Part shown: piece after piece, positions 44,675-53,114 of the stretch
How the letters are laid out: each line of letters starts with the position of its first letter
Numbering within the stretch: the stretch's first letter is position 1
The notes under the pieces: generated by a model
The model's database searches: none
The model's input: the letters and a program-made list of their open reading frames with translations, nothing else
What the model was told of the DNA's origin: nothing
IMG/VR virus record: IMGVR_UViG_3300047546_000805
Span: 1 to 63,790 of that record
From: a virus
Taxonomy: Duplodnaviria > Caudoviricetes
Direction: 5' to 3' (one strand)
DNA: 63,790 nt
Made by a program: the position numbers and the translations under genes

Positions 44675-47091
44675 TAAGCGCTTCTCCTTGCTTGTAACCT
44701 TGGTACTACGGTAGGTCTTGTTCCACCGGCCCAGGTGCCAATGGAGATCGCTGCGAGGCTAGTTTGCCCAGTCACTTTAAATGGGGCCGGATTAACTAAG
44801 TCTCCATAGTAATAAAATGGGCTGTTTTGCTGTGCCTGTATCAGAGAACCAGCACGGACTGTCATTGACGAACCTAGGGCAAGTATGCATAGGAAGAAAA
44901 ATGAGTTAGCAAACTCTGCTTGCGCGGTAAAACTATAGGCAGAAGAAAAAACTCCGTCTTTAAACCCTGTAGACGCTGTTGATATTCCAGTCACATGCCT
45001 TTGAGCGTTCGATGGAAAAGTAACATTTGCATTATACAGGGCCACCTCCGCTGTGCCACCACCAGATATTACCTCGAAACCAATTCTGTCTAGGGACATT
45101 ATTGACTGAGATACAATGAATGGTATAGCGAATGCCTCTCCCGCTGCAATCACCAGATCTGCTGCACGCACATGTGTCGGTTCAAGACCGGCCCCAATGT
45201 TATCACCAGTTGCCTGTGGATCAGCATAGGCCCCGCCAACTACCACTCTAGTTTCGGTGGTCCCAGCCCTGTCCCTTAGGTTGACGCCAACACCAGAGAA
45301 GTTTAGTGTAGGCCTTTGTGTAAGGGCTACCTCGTTTCCAGGCTTAACGGTCTGATAAAACGATCCACCGCCAGAAACAGTTACAATTACTTCTCCGGTT
45401 CCGGCTGTTGCTGCTACACCGGCCCCTTGAAAGTCTATCTGGGTTACACCAGTTGCGATGTTTCCGCTTTCGTCCTGAATGGTTAGCGATCCACCACCTC
45501 CACCGCTTCCGCCAGCGTCGGTCATAACCCACTGTGTAGAAGTTCCGTCGTTCAGCCAGATGTATTCGTTTCCAGTTTCATTACTGATCCATCTATCACC
45601 GATATTTGGCGATCCTGGTGGGGTTGTAGCGTAAGTAGTTGTGCTGTGGCTGCCGTGGCTTGTTGCTGCTGCGCCCACGTCTGTAGCGTCAAGGCTCACC
45701 GCCCCCGTTTCGCCATTAACAGAAACTACCGGAGATGCCGGGTAGGTCAGAGCAGTCCATGACGCTAACTGTGTAGGATCATCACCCGTAATAACCCAGT
45801 TTGTTCCTAGGTCTGTGCGAGTACACCAGTCTCCTTTTTGGCCTACAAGGGCTAGCATGGCTGCTTGATTGGCTGCCGCCCCGAGGTATTCCGTAATAGC
45901 AATTGCTGGAATCTGTGCGGCTGGAACTTGCCCTCCGCTGTCTAGGCTCGCGTAACCATCTGCTACGCCCTTTTCTGATTCCTTCTGGTAGCCTACGTGT
46001 GGGTCTGCTGCGCCTTCGTGCGCCGATACGGCTGACGCTGCCGCGCCAGCGGTCTCTTTTCCAGACAGCAGCGTATCAATTTCTGACTCTGTGTAATATC
46101 TGTCATCGTGATTGTGTGTTGATGGAGTACCACCAAGTGCTGCTATATTCCAAAGGAGTAGGACTTCGGCGTTGTTTGAAATCTCCGGCCCGACTGGTGC
46201 TACGGATACGGAAACAGGAATTTTCCAGTAGCCGGTCCCGTCTACCGCCGGGCCGGTTACGTTGTAGCGTACTCGACTTGATGCATCAGACTTTGGCTGA
46301 ATAAATACCTGATCACCAACTGCTAGAAGCGGTGTGAAGTTAGAGATATTAAGACCGGCAAGCGTCTGGTTGTCGATGTACAAGAATGTAGCATTGGCTC
46401 TCAGCGCATCATTCAGTTTGAACTTACCGTTTGATGGGTCTGCGTCTGTTACTGATGTTGAAAATTTCCAGTATGAGTCGGTTGGTGATCCTCCACCGCC
46501 CGGCTGCCAACCTGCGCTACCGAGACCGTCAGCGGTCCATACGTAATTCTCTGCTGCCGCTGTTGGGTCTGGGATGTCTGTGTGATCGTATGTGGATTCG
46601 TGTGTCGCTACCGCTCCGGCTGGCTCCGCGCCTACGTCTGCTGCGCTTAGGCTTACCGCACCAGTTTCTCCATTTACCGAAACTACTGCATCTGCTGGAT
46701 ATGCCAGAGCAGTCCACCCACCAATTACTGATGGGTCTGATCCGGTGATAACGTATACTTTATTCTCATCTGAGCGAATTACCCAGTCGCCTTTTTGACC
46801 TACCGCCCCAAGCATCGCAGCCTGATTAGCAGCAACTCCAAGGAACTCTGTAATTGCTATGTCTGGTATCTGTGCCGATGGGATTTTTCCTGATCCGTCC
46901 AGGCTTGCGTATCCGCCCGCGACTCCCTTTTCAGACTCTTTCTGATATTGGGTGTGTGGATCTACGCCGAGGTGGGTATCTGCAAATTCCACGGCAGCAT
47001 CGATACCGGCCTCCATACGGTTAAGTTCGGCGGCGGTAATCGGCGTGCCTACGGATGGTAGATCTTCCCAATTAGTTGGCGTATACGGCAT
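44674..47091 (-). CDS. Fibre protein with an internal duplication
   Basis: TPITAAELNRMEAGI; two copies of DPH..YQKESEKGVA.GYASLD...VVSVNGETGAVSL; HNHDDRYYTESE. Confidence 0.75.
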   Translation of the reverse strand: MPYTPTNWEDLPSVGTPITAAELNRMEAGIDAAVEFADTHLGVDPHTQYQKESEKGVAGGYASLDGSGKIPSAQIPDIAITEFLGVAANQAAMLGAVGQKGDWVIRSDENKVYVITGSDPSVIGGWTALAYPADAVVSVNGETGAVSLSAADVGAEPAGAVATHESTYDHTDIPDPTAAAENYVWTADGLGSAGWQPGGGGSPTDSYWKFSTSVTDADPSNGKFKLNDALRANATFLYIDNQTLAGLNISNFTPLLAVGDQVFIQPKSDASSRVRYNVTGPAVDGTGYWKIPVSVSVAPVGPEISNNAEVLLLWNIAALGGTPSTHNHDDRYYTESEIDTLLSGKETAGAAASAVSAHEGAADPHVGYQKESEKGVADGYASLDSGGQVPAAQIPAIAITEYLGAAANQAAMLALVGQKGDWCTRTDLGTNWVITGDDPTQLASWTALTYPASPVVSVNGETGAVSLDATDVGAAATSHGSHSTTTYATTPPGSPNIGDRWISNETGNEYIWLNDGTSTQWVMTDAGGSGGGGGSLTIQDESGNIATGVTQIDFQGAGVAATAGTGEVIVTVSGGGSFYQTVKPGNEVALTQRPTLNFSGVGVNLRDRAGTTETRVVVGGAYADPQATGDNIGAGLEPTHVRAADLVIAAGEAFAIPFIVSQSIMSLDRIGFEVISGGGTAEVALYNANVTFPSNAQRHVTGISTASTGFKDGVFSSAYSFTAQAEFANSFFFLCILALGSSMTVRAGSLIQAQQNSPFYYYGDLVNPAPFKVTGQTSLAAISIGTWAGGTRPTVVPRLQARRSA

Positions 47092-47118
47092 TTAAATTCT
47101 CCACAAACATTTGTATAG

Positions 47119-47147
47119 ATAATAACATGATTATGGTCCTGAAGCAA
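47119..47147 (-). promoter_or_regulatory. Promoter (TTGCnT class)
   Basis: TTGCTT-N17-TATTAT (TG-extended). Confidence 0.55.
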
Positions 47148-47472
47148 TCGGGAATGTGTTGCTTGATGGGAAGGTGTTGACGCTTGGGTATCCGCCCGGA
47201 GGTGTCCATAGGTCGAATCCTGCTATGCTGTACCAGCCGCCCGGACTTCCACCGATAAAACAGATCCAGAGCACTCCGTCTTCGGCAAAGCGCATGTCGC
47301 CAGGAATATATGTTTCTGCGTATGATGGTTCCCAGCCAGCATCTACTATTTCTGGGTTGGCGCTTCCTCCACCGCCCGTTCCTGGCGGACCAGGCGGGCC
47401 GGGGCTACTAACAGTAACCTGATTAGGTTGAGGTCTTACCGTTACTAGATACTCTACTTCATCAACGGCCAT
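47131..47472 (-). CDS. Small virion protein with a short collagen-like stretch
   Basis: PGPPGPPG; GDM..A.DGVLWIC..GGSPGGW. Confidence 0.55.
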   Translation of the reverse strand: MAVDEVEYLVTVRPQPNQVTVSSPGPPGPPGTGGGGSANPEIVDAGWEPSYAETYIPGDMRFAEDGVLWICFIGGSPGGWYSIAGFDLWTPPGGYPSVNTFPSSNTFPIASGP

Positions 47473-47984
47473 TACTTAATACCCCAACTTGTAGGAAGTA
47501 GGTCTCGTATACGCTTACCAAAGGTGTTCGGAGTGACGTGGCTGGACATATTCCTGTCCCACACCGCTTCAGCGATTTCGTTGTAGTCCACAGATCCGCT
47601 ACCGCCAGAAGCGCTGACATAAGACGCAGCACTACGCTGGAATGAGAACAGAACCGTATAATCACCAGTAGTTGTGATGATGTACGGAGTATTAGCGTCT
47701 GCTGGGTAGAGGTCTCCGGAGATGTTGATTTGATAGTCGAATTCTGATGGCTTGATCCTCCATCCCAAGTCGTTACGCAAGAAGTAGTAACCTGCCAGCG
47801 CTACCCCGCCTCCCAGGTCGTTGCCACCTACGGATTCAGCGAATGCCTGGTCGAATTGTGCGTTACCGGCAGCAACCCAGTCCTTCCAGCGGGAATAGAT
47901 ATCGGCAGCGGACACGCTTGTCAGTGGTCCGTCGTATCCGATAGTGATGGTTTTGGCCGGGCCATTAAAAGTAATACTAGGCAT
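47472..47984 (-). CDS. Hypothetical virion protein
   Basis: IYSRWKDW...YFLRNDLGWRIKP...IAEAVWD...NTFGK. Confidence 0.6.
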   Translation of the reverse strand: MPSITFNGPAKTITIGYDGPLTSVSAADIYSRWKDWVAAGNAQFDQAFAESVGGNDLGGGVALAGYYFLRNDLGWRIKPSEFDYQINISGDLYPADANTPYIITTTGDYTVLFSFQRSAASYVSASGGSGSVDYNEIAEAVWDRNMSSHVTPNTFGKRIRDLLPTSWGIK

Positions 47985-49431
47985 TTCCGTACTGCCTGTC
48001 TATCTGCTGCTGTACCGGAATGGTAAGGTCAGCCAGGCTGAGCGCCTGGTTCAGCAGACGAATATTTTGACGATTTAGGCTGATAATGCTGATATCTACT
48101 GCTGGGTATTCTTCTGGGTCGAACTGCCAAGTGAAGGTTCCTGAGGTTACATTCTCCTGCCCCGCCACCTCAGTAGTAGTTCCGGCGTCGTAAATGCGAA
48201 TCTCTGTTGGGTTCACTAGTCCAGTAATTGTCAGCGTTGGCTCGTATTTTGGCTCTACGTCGTATGTTATGGCAATATGCCAGGATGACCAGCCGGAGAG
48301 ACCGGCAGGGTTTGCTCCGGCGGCAGTTTCAGCAGCGGATACAAGGGCGAACCCTTCACCCTCTCGCACTGTAACACCGGCCCTTCTAATGCCAATATCA
48401 ACATGCTCGTGGCTCATGCCGTAACCAAGAGAATCTGGTAATCTAAGCGTGGATGCAGAGGCGAACTCTGGAAAATACGCCCTATACTGTGGCCCGATGA
48501 AGTCCTTCGCTTTTAGATAATTGCTACCCTTTGGAGAACCGGCGGAGGCCTCTGATAGTGCATTTTCTGGAAGTCCGTATGGGAGAATGGCGACATCTTT
48601 ATAGACCTTTACCCATGATGTAGGGTCTGGTGATGCCGTATCCATCTTTAGCGGCGCTATTTGTAGCAGGCTGTCGCTAGCAGAGGTTGCGTCTAGCGAT
48701 CCAACCGGAACAGCCTGGAAATATGGGGAGTCGTACGTTCCTACCTCTGTCACTGATATGTCAACTACACGTATTGTCTCGCCGGACCCGGCCTGGTTAT
48801 CTATGGCAAGAATGGCGCTGTTAGCAGAAATGATCTGGGTAAAGTAGTTTACCGTGAATGTTCTGTTCGGAGACCCGTTTCTTATGATTGTTGCCTGAAC
48901 TCTCACAGGTACCGGCACCTCTACACCTGCATTCGGATAAACAGCAAACTCTTCCCCGGCGCGAATAGTATAGTTTTCTACCGGCGTTGCAGCATGGCGC
49001 TTTGGTCCTATTCTGATTCCACCGAATCTGTTTTGGGGGAGTTGCATGTTGTACCAAGACTGTGACGCCAGAACCATTTGTTTGGCGACGGTCACTCTTC
49101 CCAGCACAGTACCAGCAGTTATTACACTAGAATTTGTGCTAATAAATACTGTGGACGGCCATGCAGAGGCATTTGTATCAGTTGGGACAGGTGTTATTTG
49201 CGCCCCAGCCGTGCTTAGAACAGGGTCTCTCTCGACCCTAAGAATAATTGGCAGGTTTGATGTAATAGTTCCAGTGGTAGCGTTGTTGGCATAGGTAAGA
49301 TTGGTTAACTCTACAGATCGTATAGTTATTTTTTTACCTGAGCCTGGCTGGTTCATAACGGCCAATATAGCATTCCCCGAGTTGCTCATCCAGTCGAATG
49401 TTCCGGCAACCCTGTACTGATATCTAGCCAT
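47977..49431 (-). CDS. Virion protein with two copies of the domain found in 49431-49955
   Basis: N-x-x-GSG..I.., ITP..DT and T(I/V)R.GE motifs each occur twice. Confidence 0.6.
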   Translation of the reverse strand: MARYQYRVAGTFDWMSNSGNAILAVMNQPGSGKKITIRSVELTNLTYANNATTGTITSNLPIILRVERDPVLSTAGAQITPVPTDTNASAWPSTVFISTNSSVITAGTVLGRVTVAKQMVLASQSWYNMQLPQNRFGGIRIGPKRHAATPVENYTIRAGEEFAVYPNAGVEVPVPVRVQATIIRNGSPNRTFTVNYFTQIISANSAILAIDNQAGSGETIRVVDISVTEVGTYDSPYFQAVPVGSLDATSASDSLLQIAPLKMDTASPDPTSWVKVYKDVAILPYGLPENALSEASAGSPKGSNYLKAKDFIGPQYRAYFPEFASASTLRLPDSLGYGMSHEHVDIGIRRAGVTVREGEGFALVSAAETAAGANPAGLSGWSSWHIAITYDVEPKYEPTLTITGLVNPTEIRIYDAGTTTEVAGQENVTSGTFTWQFDPEEYPAVDISIISLNRQNIRLLNQALSLADLTIPVQQQIDRQYGNA

Positions 49432-49955
49432 TATGTGTTCGCTAGGGTGTACTCCACGTATACGTCACAAAGTCCCACAGCAGATGATCCAGAGTGATGA
49501 ACGGAGATTCCCTGGCCCTCTCGTAGAGTAATAGGCTCAATGTTTGAATCGCCAGTTGAGTCCCAAACACAGTTAAGCGGAACAAGTGTTTCAAATTCGT
49601 CGGAAGTTGCTGATGAGGCTGCTGGCTCGTCGTTTGACCATACCCAAGTCCTGAAAGCAACATCTGAGGATAGTGTTACGGTTCCACCAGTGGCGCATAG
49701 CACCTGCGCTGGGGCCGTTTCTGAGTTGGTGTCGTGCTTTGTCGGCGTGATAGAGGTACCACCGGACTGAGCGGTTGTTCTGCGAAGCGACCATGTGGTA
49801 AGAACACCAGTTACACCGGCAGTCTGGTTGTTTAGAACCCAAACTCGGTATACACGAATGACACGACCAGAACCGGCCCCGTTGAATAGTCCAAGCATGG
49901 ACTTGTTGTTAGCGAACGTGGCACCAACCGCGCCTGCTGTATATGTCTGTGCCAT
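49431..49955 (-). CDS. Hypothetical virion protein (beta-sandwich-like)
   Basis: LFNGAGSGRVIRV...ITPTKHDTN...PITLREGQG. Confidence 0.6.
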   Translation of the reverse strand: MAQTYTAGAVGATFANNKSMLGLFNGAGSGRVIRVYRVWVLNNQTAGVTGVLTTWSLRRTTAQSGGTSITPTKHDTNSETAPAQVLCATGGTVTLSSDVAFRTWVWSNDEPAASSATSDEFETLVPLNCVWDSTGDSNIEPITLREGQGISVHHSGSSAVGLCDVYVEYTLANT

Positions 49956-49972
49956 TTATCAATTACTCCTTA

Positions 49973-51400
49973 TCATGGGTTAGCGTAGTTTCTCTCAAGC
50001 GGAGCAACGAGGGCTACGCTGTTGGACTTTGATCTTTGAATTGTTCCGGTCGCCTTCACGTACTGTCCGGTTGCCAGTCCAATTGCTACTACTGTGATGT
50101 TTGCGTCCGTTCCTGCGGTTCTACCGCCCTGAACGTTCCCATCATAGTCGAATGTCTTAGTGATGCTTGATCCACTTATTACACCAGACATATCTGCTGC
50201 GGAGGCATCATCTACAATTATAGCACCTGTCTCACCAAAGTCGTTACCGGCACCGGGCAATGTGGTGAAGTAGACCCAATACTTGCTAGATGGGTCGGAC
50301 ACCAAGTTGTCGTTGAACGTCAGGGTTAGGGAGGCGGTGTAGGCGTACTGCCTTGTCGCCCCTGTGTTATCAACGAAGAACACGGAGTTAACGTCTGCGC
50401 TGGCAAAGTTATCAATAAATACTCCGGTTCCACCGCCCTGGGTGTTATCTGAAATAAGAGTATACAGTGTGTCTCCAACGTAGCGCAGTAGCGGTGCCGC
50501 TGTCTTTCCGGTTACGGTTCCGGCGTCGGCGTCAATGTCTGCGTTCTGGCGAAGAGCGTACTGTACGAATTCGTAAACCTTCTGTAGCGTTTGTCCATTA
50601 CCGTTAATAATCACACCGAAGTTGTAACTGCCACCCTGTAGGGCACGGGACTGTGGGGTGGTGTGGTATGTAATTGACATTCCGGAGTATGGAGCAACGT
50701 CCGCTGGGTATCCGGTTCCAGACACCTTGATTCCGGTATCTGCTACAGAAATCTTAAGATCTGTGCTTGTAGAAATAGGGAATCGATAAGCAATCGAGTC
50801 CATTGTTGTTACACCGATGTCTGTTAGAGAGGCCTGACCGAACGCCTGCCCCTGCTCTCGTACATACAGTGTCAGTGAACTTCTACGATCAAAGTCCGAT
50901 CCCTCTGCATAGTTGCCGTCACCGTCATCGTCCTTTAGAATCTGGATAGCCTGGTTTACCTGGCCTGTTAGTTGGAAGTTTACCGGGCCGGTACCCTGGT
51001 TGTAGTAAAGTTGGTCGTTTGACTCGATAGAGCCCAGACCAATAATACCCGCCCACTTCTGGGTTACGTTTCCAGAGGTATTTCTAACCGTCCATCCACC
51101 TGTACGGATCAGGTAGCGGGCTGTGTCGTTAAGGAAGTCCCATCCGTCAACAAGTTCAAAAGACTCGTCGGTAATAGGGACCATTGGGAATGGGAAGGCT
51201 GGGAGGTTTTTAGTGTTTGGATCATTCTTCCACTCTTCCTTTAAGAAGGAGTAGAGAGCCTTCAGGGTTACACCATCAGTTGACAGGTTTCCTGTTGTGT
51301 TAAGTTTAATTGTTTTTGATGTGGTGTTGATAAAGACTTCGGTCGTTCCGTTGTCTAGCGCACCATCATTAAGTTGATCCGGGTCCGTAATCAGGGCCAA
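49973..51400 (-). CDS. Large virion structural protein
   Basis: MALITDPDQL...DGVTLKALYSFLKEEWK...FPFPM...IRTGGW...LERNYANP. Confidence 0.65.
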   Translation of the reverse strand: MALITDPDQLNDGALDNGTTEVFINTTSKTIKLNTTGNLSTDGVTLKALYSFLKEEWKNDPNTKNLPAFPFPMVPITDESFELVDGWDFLNDTARYLIRTGGWTVRNTSGNVTQKWAGIIGLGSIESNDQLYYNQGTGPVNFQLTGQVNQAIQILKDDDGDGNYAEGSDFDRRSSLTLYVREQGQAFGQASLTDIGVTTMDSIAYRFPISTSTDLKISVADTGIKVSGTGYPADVAPYSGMSITYHTTPQSRALQGGSYNFGVIINGNGQTLQKVYEFVQYALRQNADIDADAGTVTGKTAAPLLRYVGDTLYTLISDNTQGGGTGVFIDNFASADVNSVFFVDNTGATRQYAYTASLTLTFNDNLVSDPSSKYWVYFTTLPGAGNDFGETGAIIVDDASAADMSGVISGSSITKTFDYDGNVQGGRTAGTDANITVVAIGLATGQYVKATGTIQRSKSNSVALVAPLERNYANP

Positions 51401-51465
51401 CTACTTCACTTCCCATTCCATAAGATTCTCTACTGATTATACCGCTTGATTTTTAAAAAGCATAA

Positions 51466-51843
51466 TCATGGTCCGTAGGATAGAGAAGTTCTGTCATCCC
51501 ATACATTTACAAAGTCTGATGATCCACCGGCCCAATCTATGCTGGTTTCTGTGCCGGATTCTGTGATGCGCTTGATGCGCCACAAGGCTGCTGACTTAGC
51601 CGTTCCTGGCTGAGCCTGTCCCACATATACAACTAGTGGGTTGGTCTGGTCAATTTCTGTATCTAGCATTTCTTCCTCCACCCCGGCCCCCGGCTCTCCG
51701 GCGGGGCCGGGCGGACCAGGAGTACCAATAACTACGTCGTTACCGTTGCTGCTCTCTTTAACATAATAGAGAGATCCAGATGCCGGAACGCCTATATTGA
51801 TGCTGTTTCCGCCACCGCTCACAAATAAACGGCCACGGCTCAC
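51466..51843 (-). CDS. Small virion protein with a collagen-like stretch
   Basis: GTPGPPGPAGEPG; YVGQAQPG...WRIKRI...WDDR..LSY; GTG start overlaps the upstream stop. Confidence 0.6.
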   Translation of the reverse strand: MSRGRLFVSGGGNSINIGVPASGSLYYVKESSNGNDVVIGTPGPPGPAGEPGAGVEEEMLDTEIDQTNPLVVYVGQAQPGTAKSAALWRIKRITESGTETSIDWAGGSSDFVNVWDDRTSLSYGP

Positions 51844-52208
51844 GACTCGGTTACTCCCGCCTTTACCTCGAATTTGCCTTCCGCCCAAACATCCTTGTCA
51901 CCAATGGTGTCGGTCATGCGAATGTCGTACCAACCAGAGTTGAACGTCCAGGTCGCTATTTCCGCTGGCTGGATCTTTAGGTTTACCTGACCATTGGGGC
52001 CATCAATAGTGAAGCCGTCTCCGACAGAGAATGAGGCAAGTAGCGCTCCACCCGGAGCATCCCTAAATTCCATATCAACATCCCACCCGGTAATATTAAT
52101 AGCAGCACCAGTTGAAGGATTGTTGTAATTGAACGTCATTTTGAAAGTGGCGTTCTTGCGAATAATGAAGTCTACTCGCTCGACTTTACCAATAACACCG
52201 TTAGCCAA
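51840..52208 (-). CDS. BppU N-terminal-like Ig-fold adaptor protein
   Basis: DFIIRKNATF...INITGW...YDIRM...EGKFEV..GVT. Confidence 0.6.
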   Translation of the reverse strand: MANGVIGKVERVDFIIRKNATFKMTFNYNNPSTGAAINITGWDVDMEFRDAPGGALLASFSVGDGFTIDGPNGQVNLKIQPAEIATWTFNSGWYDIRMTDTIGDKDVWAEGKFEVKAGVTES

Positions 52209-52979
52209 TTACAGCGCCACCTTGAAACCGTACTTGTTTCCAAGTCTGACCAAAGAGTCGTAGTCTGGGTTTCTGTTCGGTGTCTTCCAGCCTAGGCGAC
52301 GCTCCCAGGCAATCCAGGCGGTTTGTGCGCCAGCACCGAACTTTGGGCTGGTCACATCCATCTTGATATTAGGGAATTCCTTATGAAGGGCTTTCTTCAC
52401 AATGACGCACTGATTGTTGCTCTTATCTGGCTGGACGTTTTTAACATAAACGGTTGGCCGGGCTGCCCAGGTTGTCCCGTTAGGCTTAATCCCCAACTTA
52501 TTCATCTGGCGGTGAATCTGGTACGACTGGCTACCAGGCGAAAATGCCCAGTGCATCCAGTCCCAGTAGCGCATCTGTCGGTAATCTCCACCTAGAGACT
52601 CAGCGCCACCCCAAATAACGTACTTATACTTAGCCTTCAGTCTACGGGCCTTTAGAGCGCGGTAGTTAGACTTCCACCATGAATACGGACCCGATCCCAT
52701 GCGCCCCTCTTTGGTGGCGTTCAGGTCAATCGCGGTCGCTGATGCGTGATCGCTATACTGATTAGCAAAGCGGGCCTCTCTATAGGCATACGACCAGTCG
52801 TCAAAAGTCCCGGTGTCGATTGGGGCAATTGTCTTGTGATATTCAGCAGCGAGTGCGACAAGCAGCGGGCCAACATCGCCACGAACCTCTAGATACCTGT
52901 TCGCTCCAGGTACTTTGAACCTCTTGATGTTTGGGTTACCCGGTCTCAGCACCGGCCAGCCATTAATACTTGTTGCCAT
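52209..52979 (-). CDS. Endolysin: M15-family zinc peptidase with C-terminal cell-wall-binding domain
   Basis: SINGWP, R...SDHASATAIDLNA (SxHxxxxAxD), DWMHW. Confidence 0.82.
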   Translation of the reverse strand: MATSINGWPVLRPGNPNIKRFKVPGANRYLEVRGDVGPLLVALAAEYHKTIAPIDTGTFDDWSYAYREARFANQYSDHASATAIDLNATKEGRMGSGPYSWWKSNYRALKARRLKAKYKYVIWGGAESLGGDYRQMRYWDWMHWAFSPGSQSYQIHRQMNKLGIKPNGTTWAARPTVYVKNVQPDKSNNQCVIVKKALHKEFPNIKMDVTSPKFGAGAQTAWIAWERRLGWKTPNRNPDYDSLVRLGNKYGFKVAL

Positions 52980-53068
52980 TACTCATCCTCCTGAATTTGT
53001 AGCGCTATAAACTCGTCAGAAACCTCCATATCAGTAAATTCTCCTGTAATAAAGTTCCAAATCTGCAT
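52979..53068 (-). CDS. 29-aa acidic peptide coupled to the endolysin
   Basis: AGGAGG RBS; MQIWNFITGEFTDMEVSDEFIALQIQEDE; TAATG overlap with the endolysin start. Confidence 0.55.
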   Translation of the reverse strand: MQIWNFITGEFTDMEVSDEFIALQIQEDE

Positions 53069-53086
53069 AGCGACCTCCTGACATCA

Positions 53087-53114
53087 ATTATACATTTTTA
53101 CGAAGATGATGCAA
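53087..53114 (-). promoter_or_regulatory. Promoter (TTGCnT class) heading the lysis/structural block
   Basis: TTGCAT-N16-TATAAT. Confidence 0.55.
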
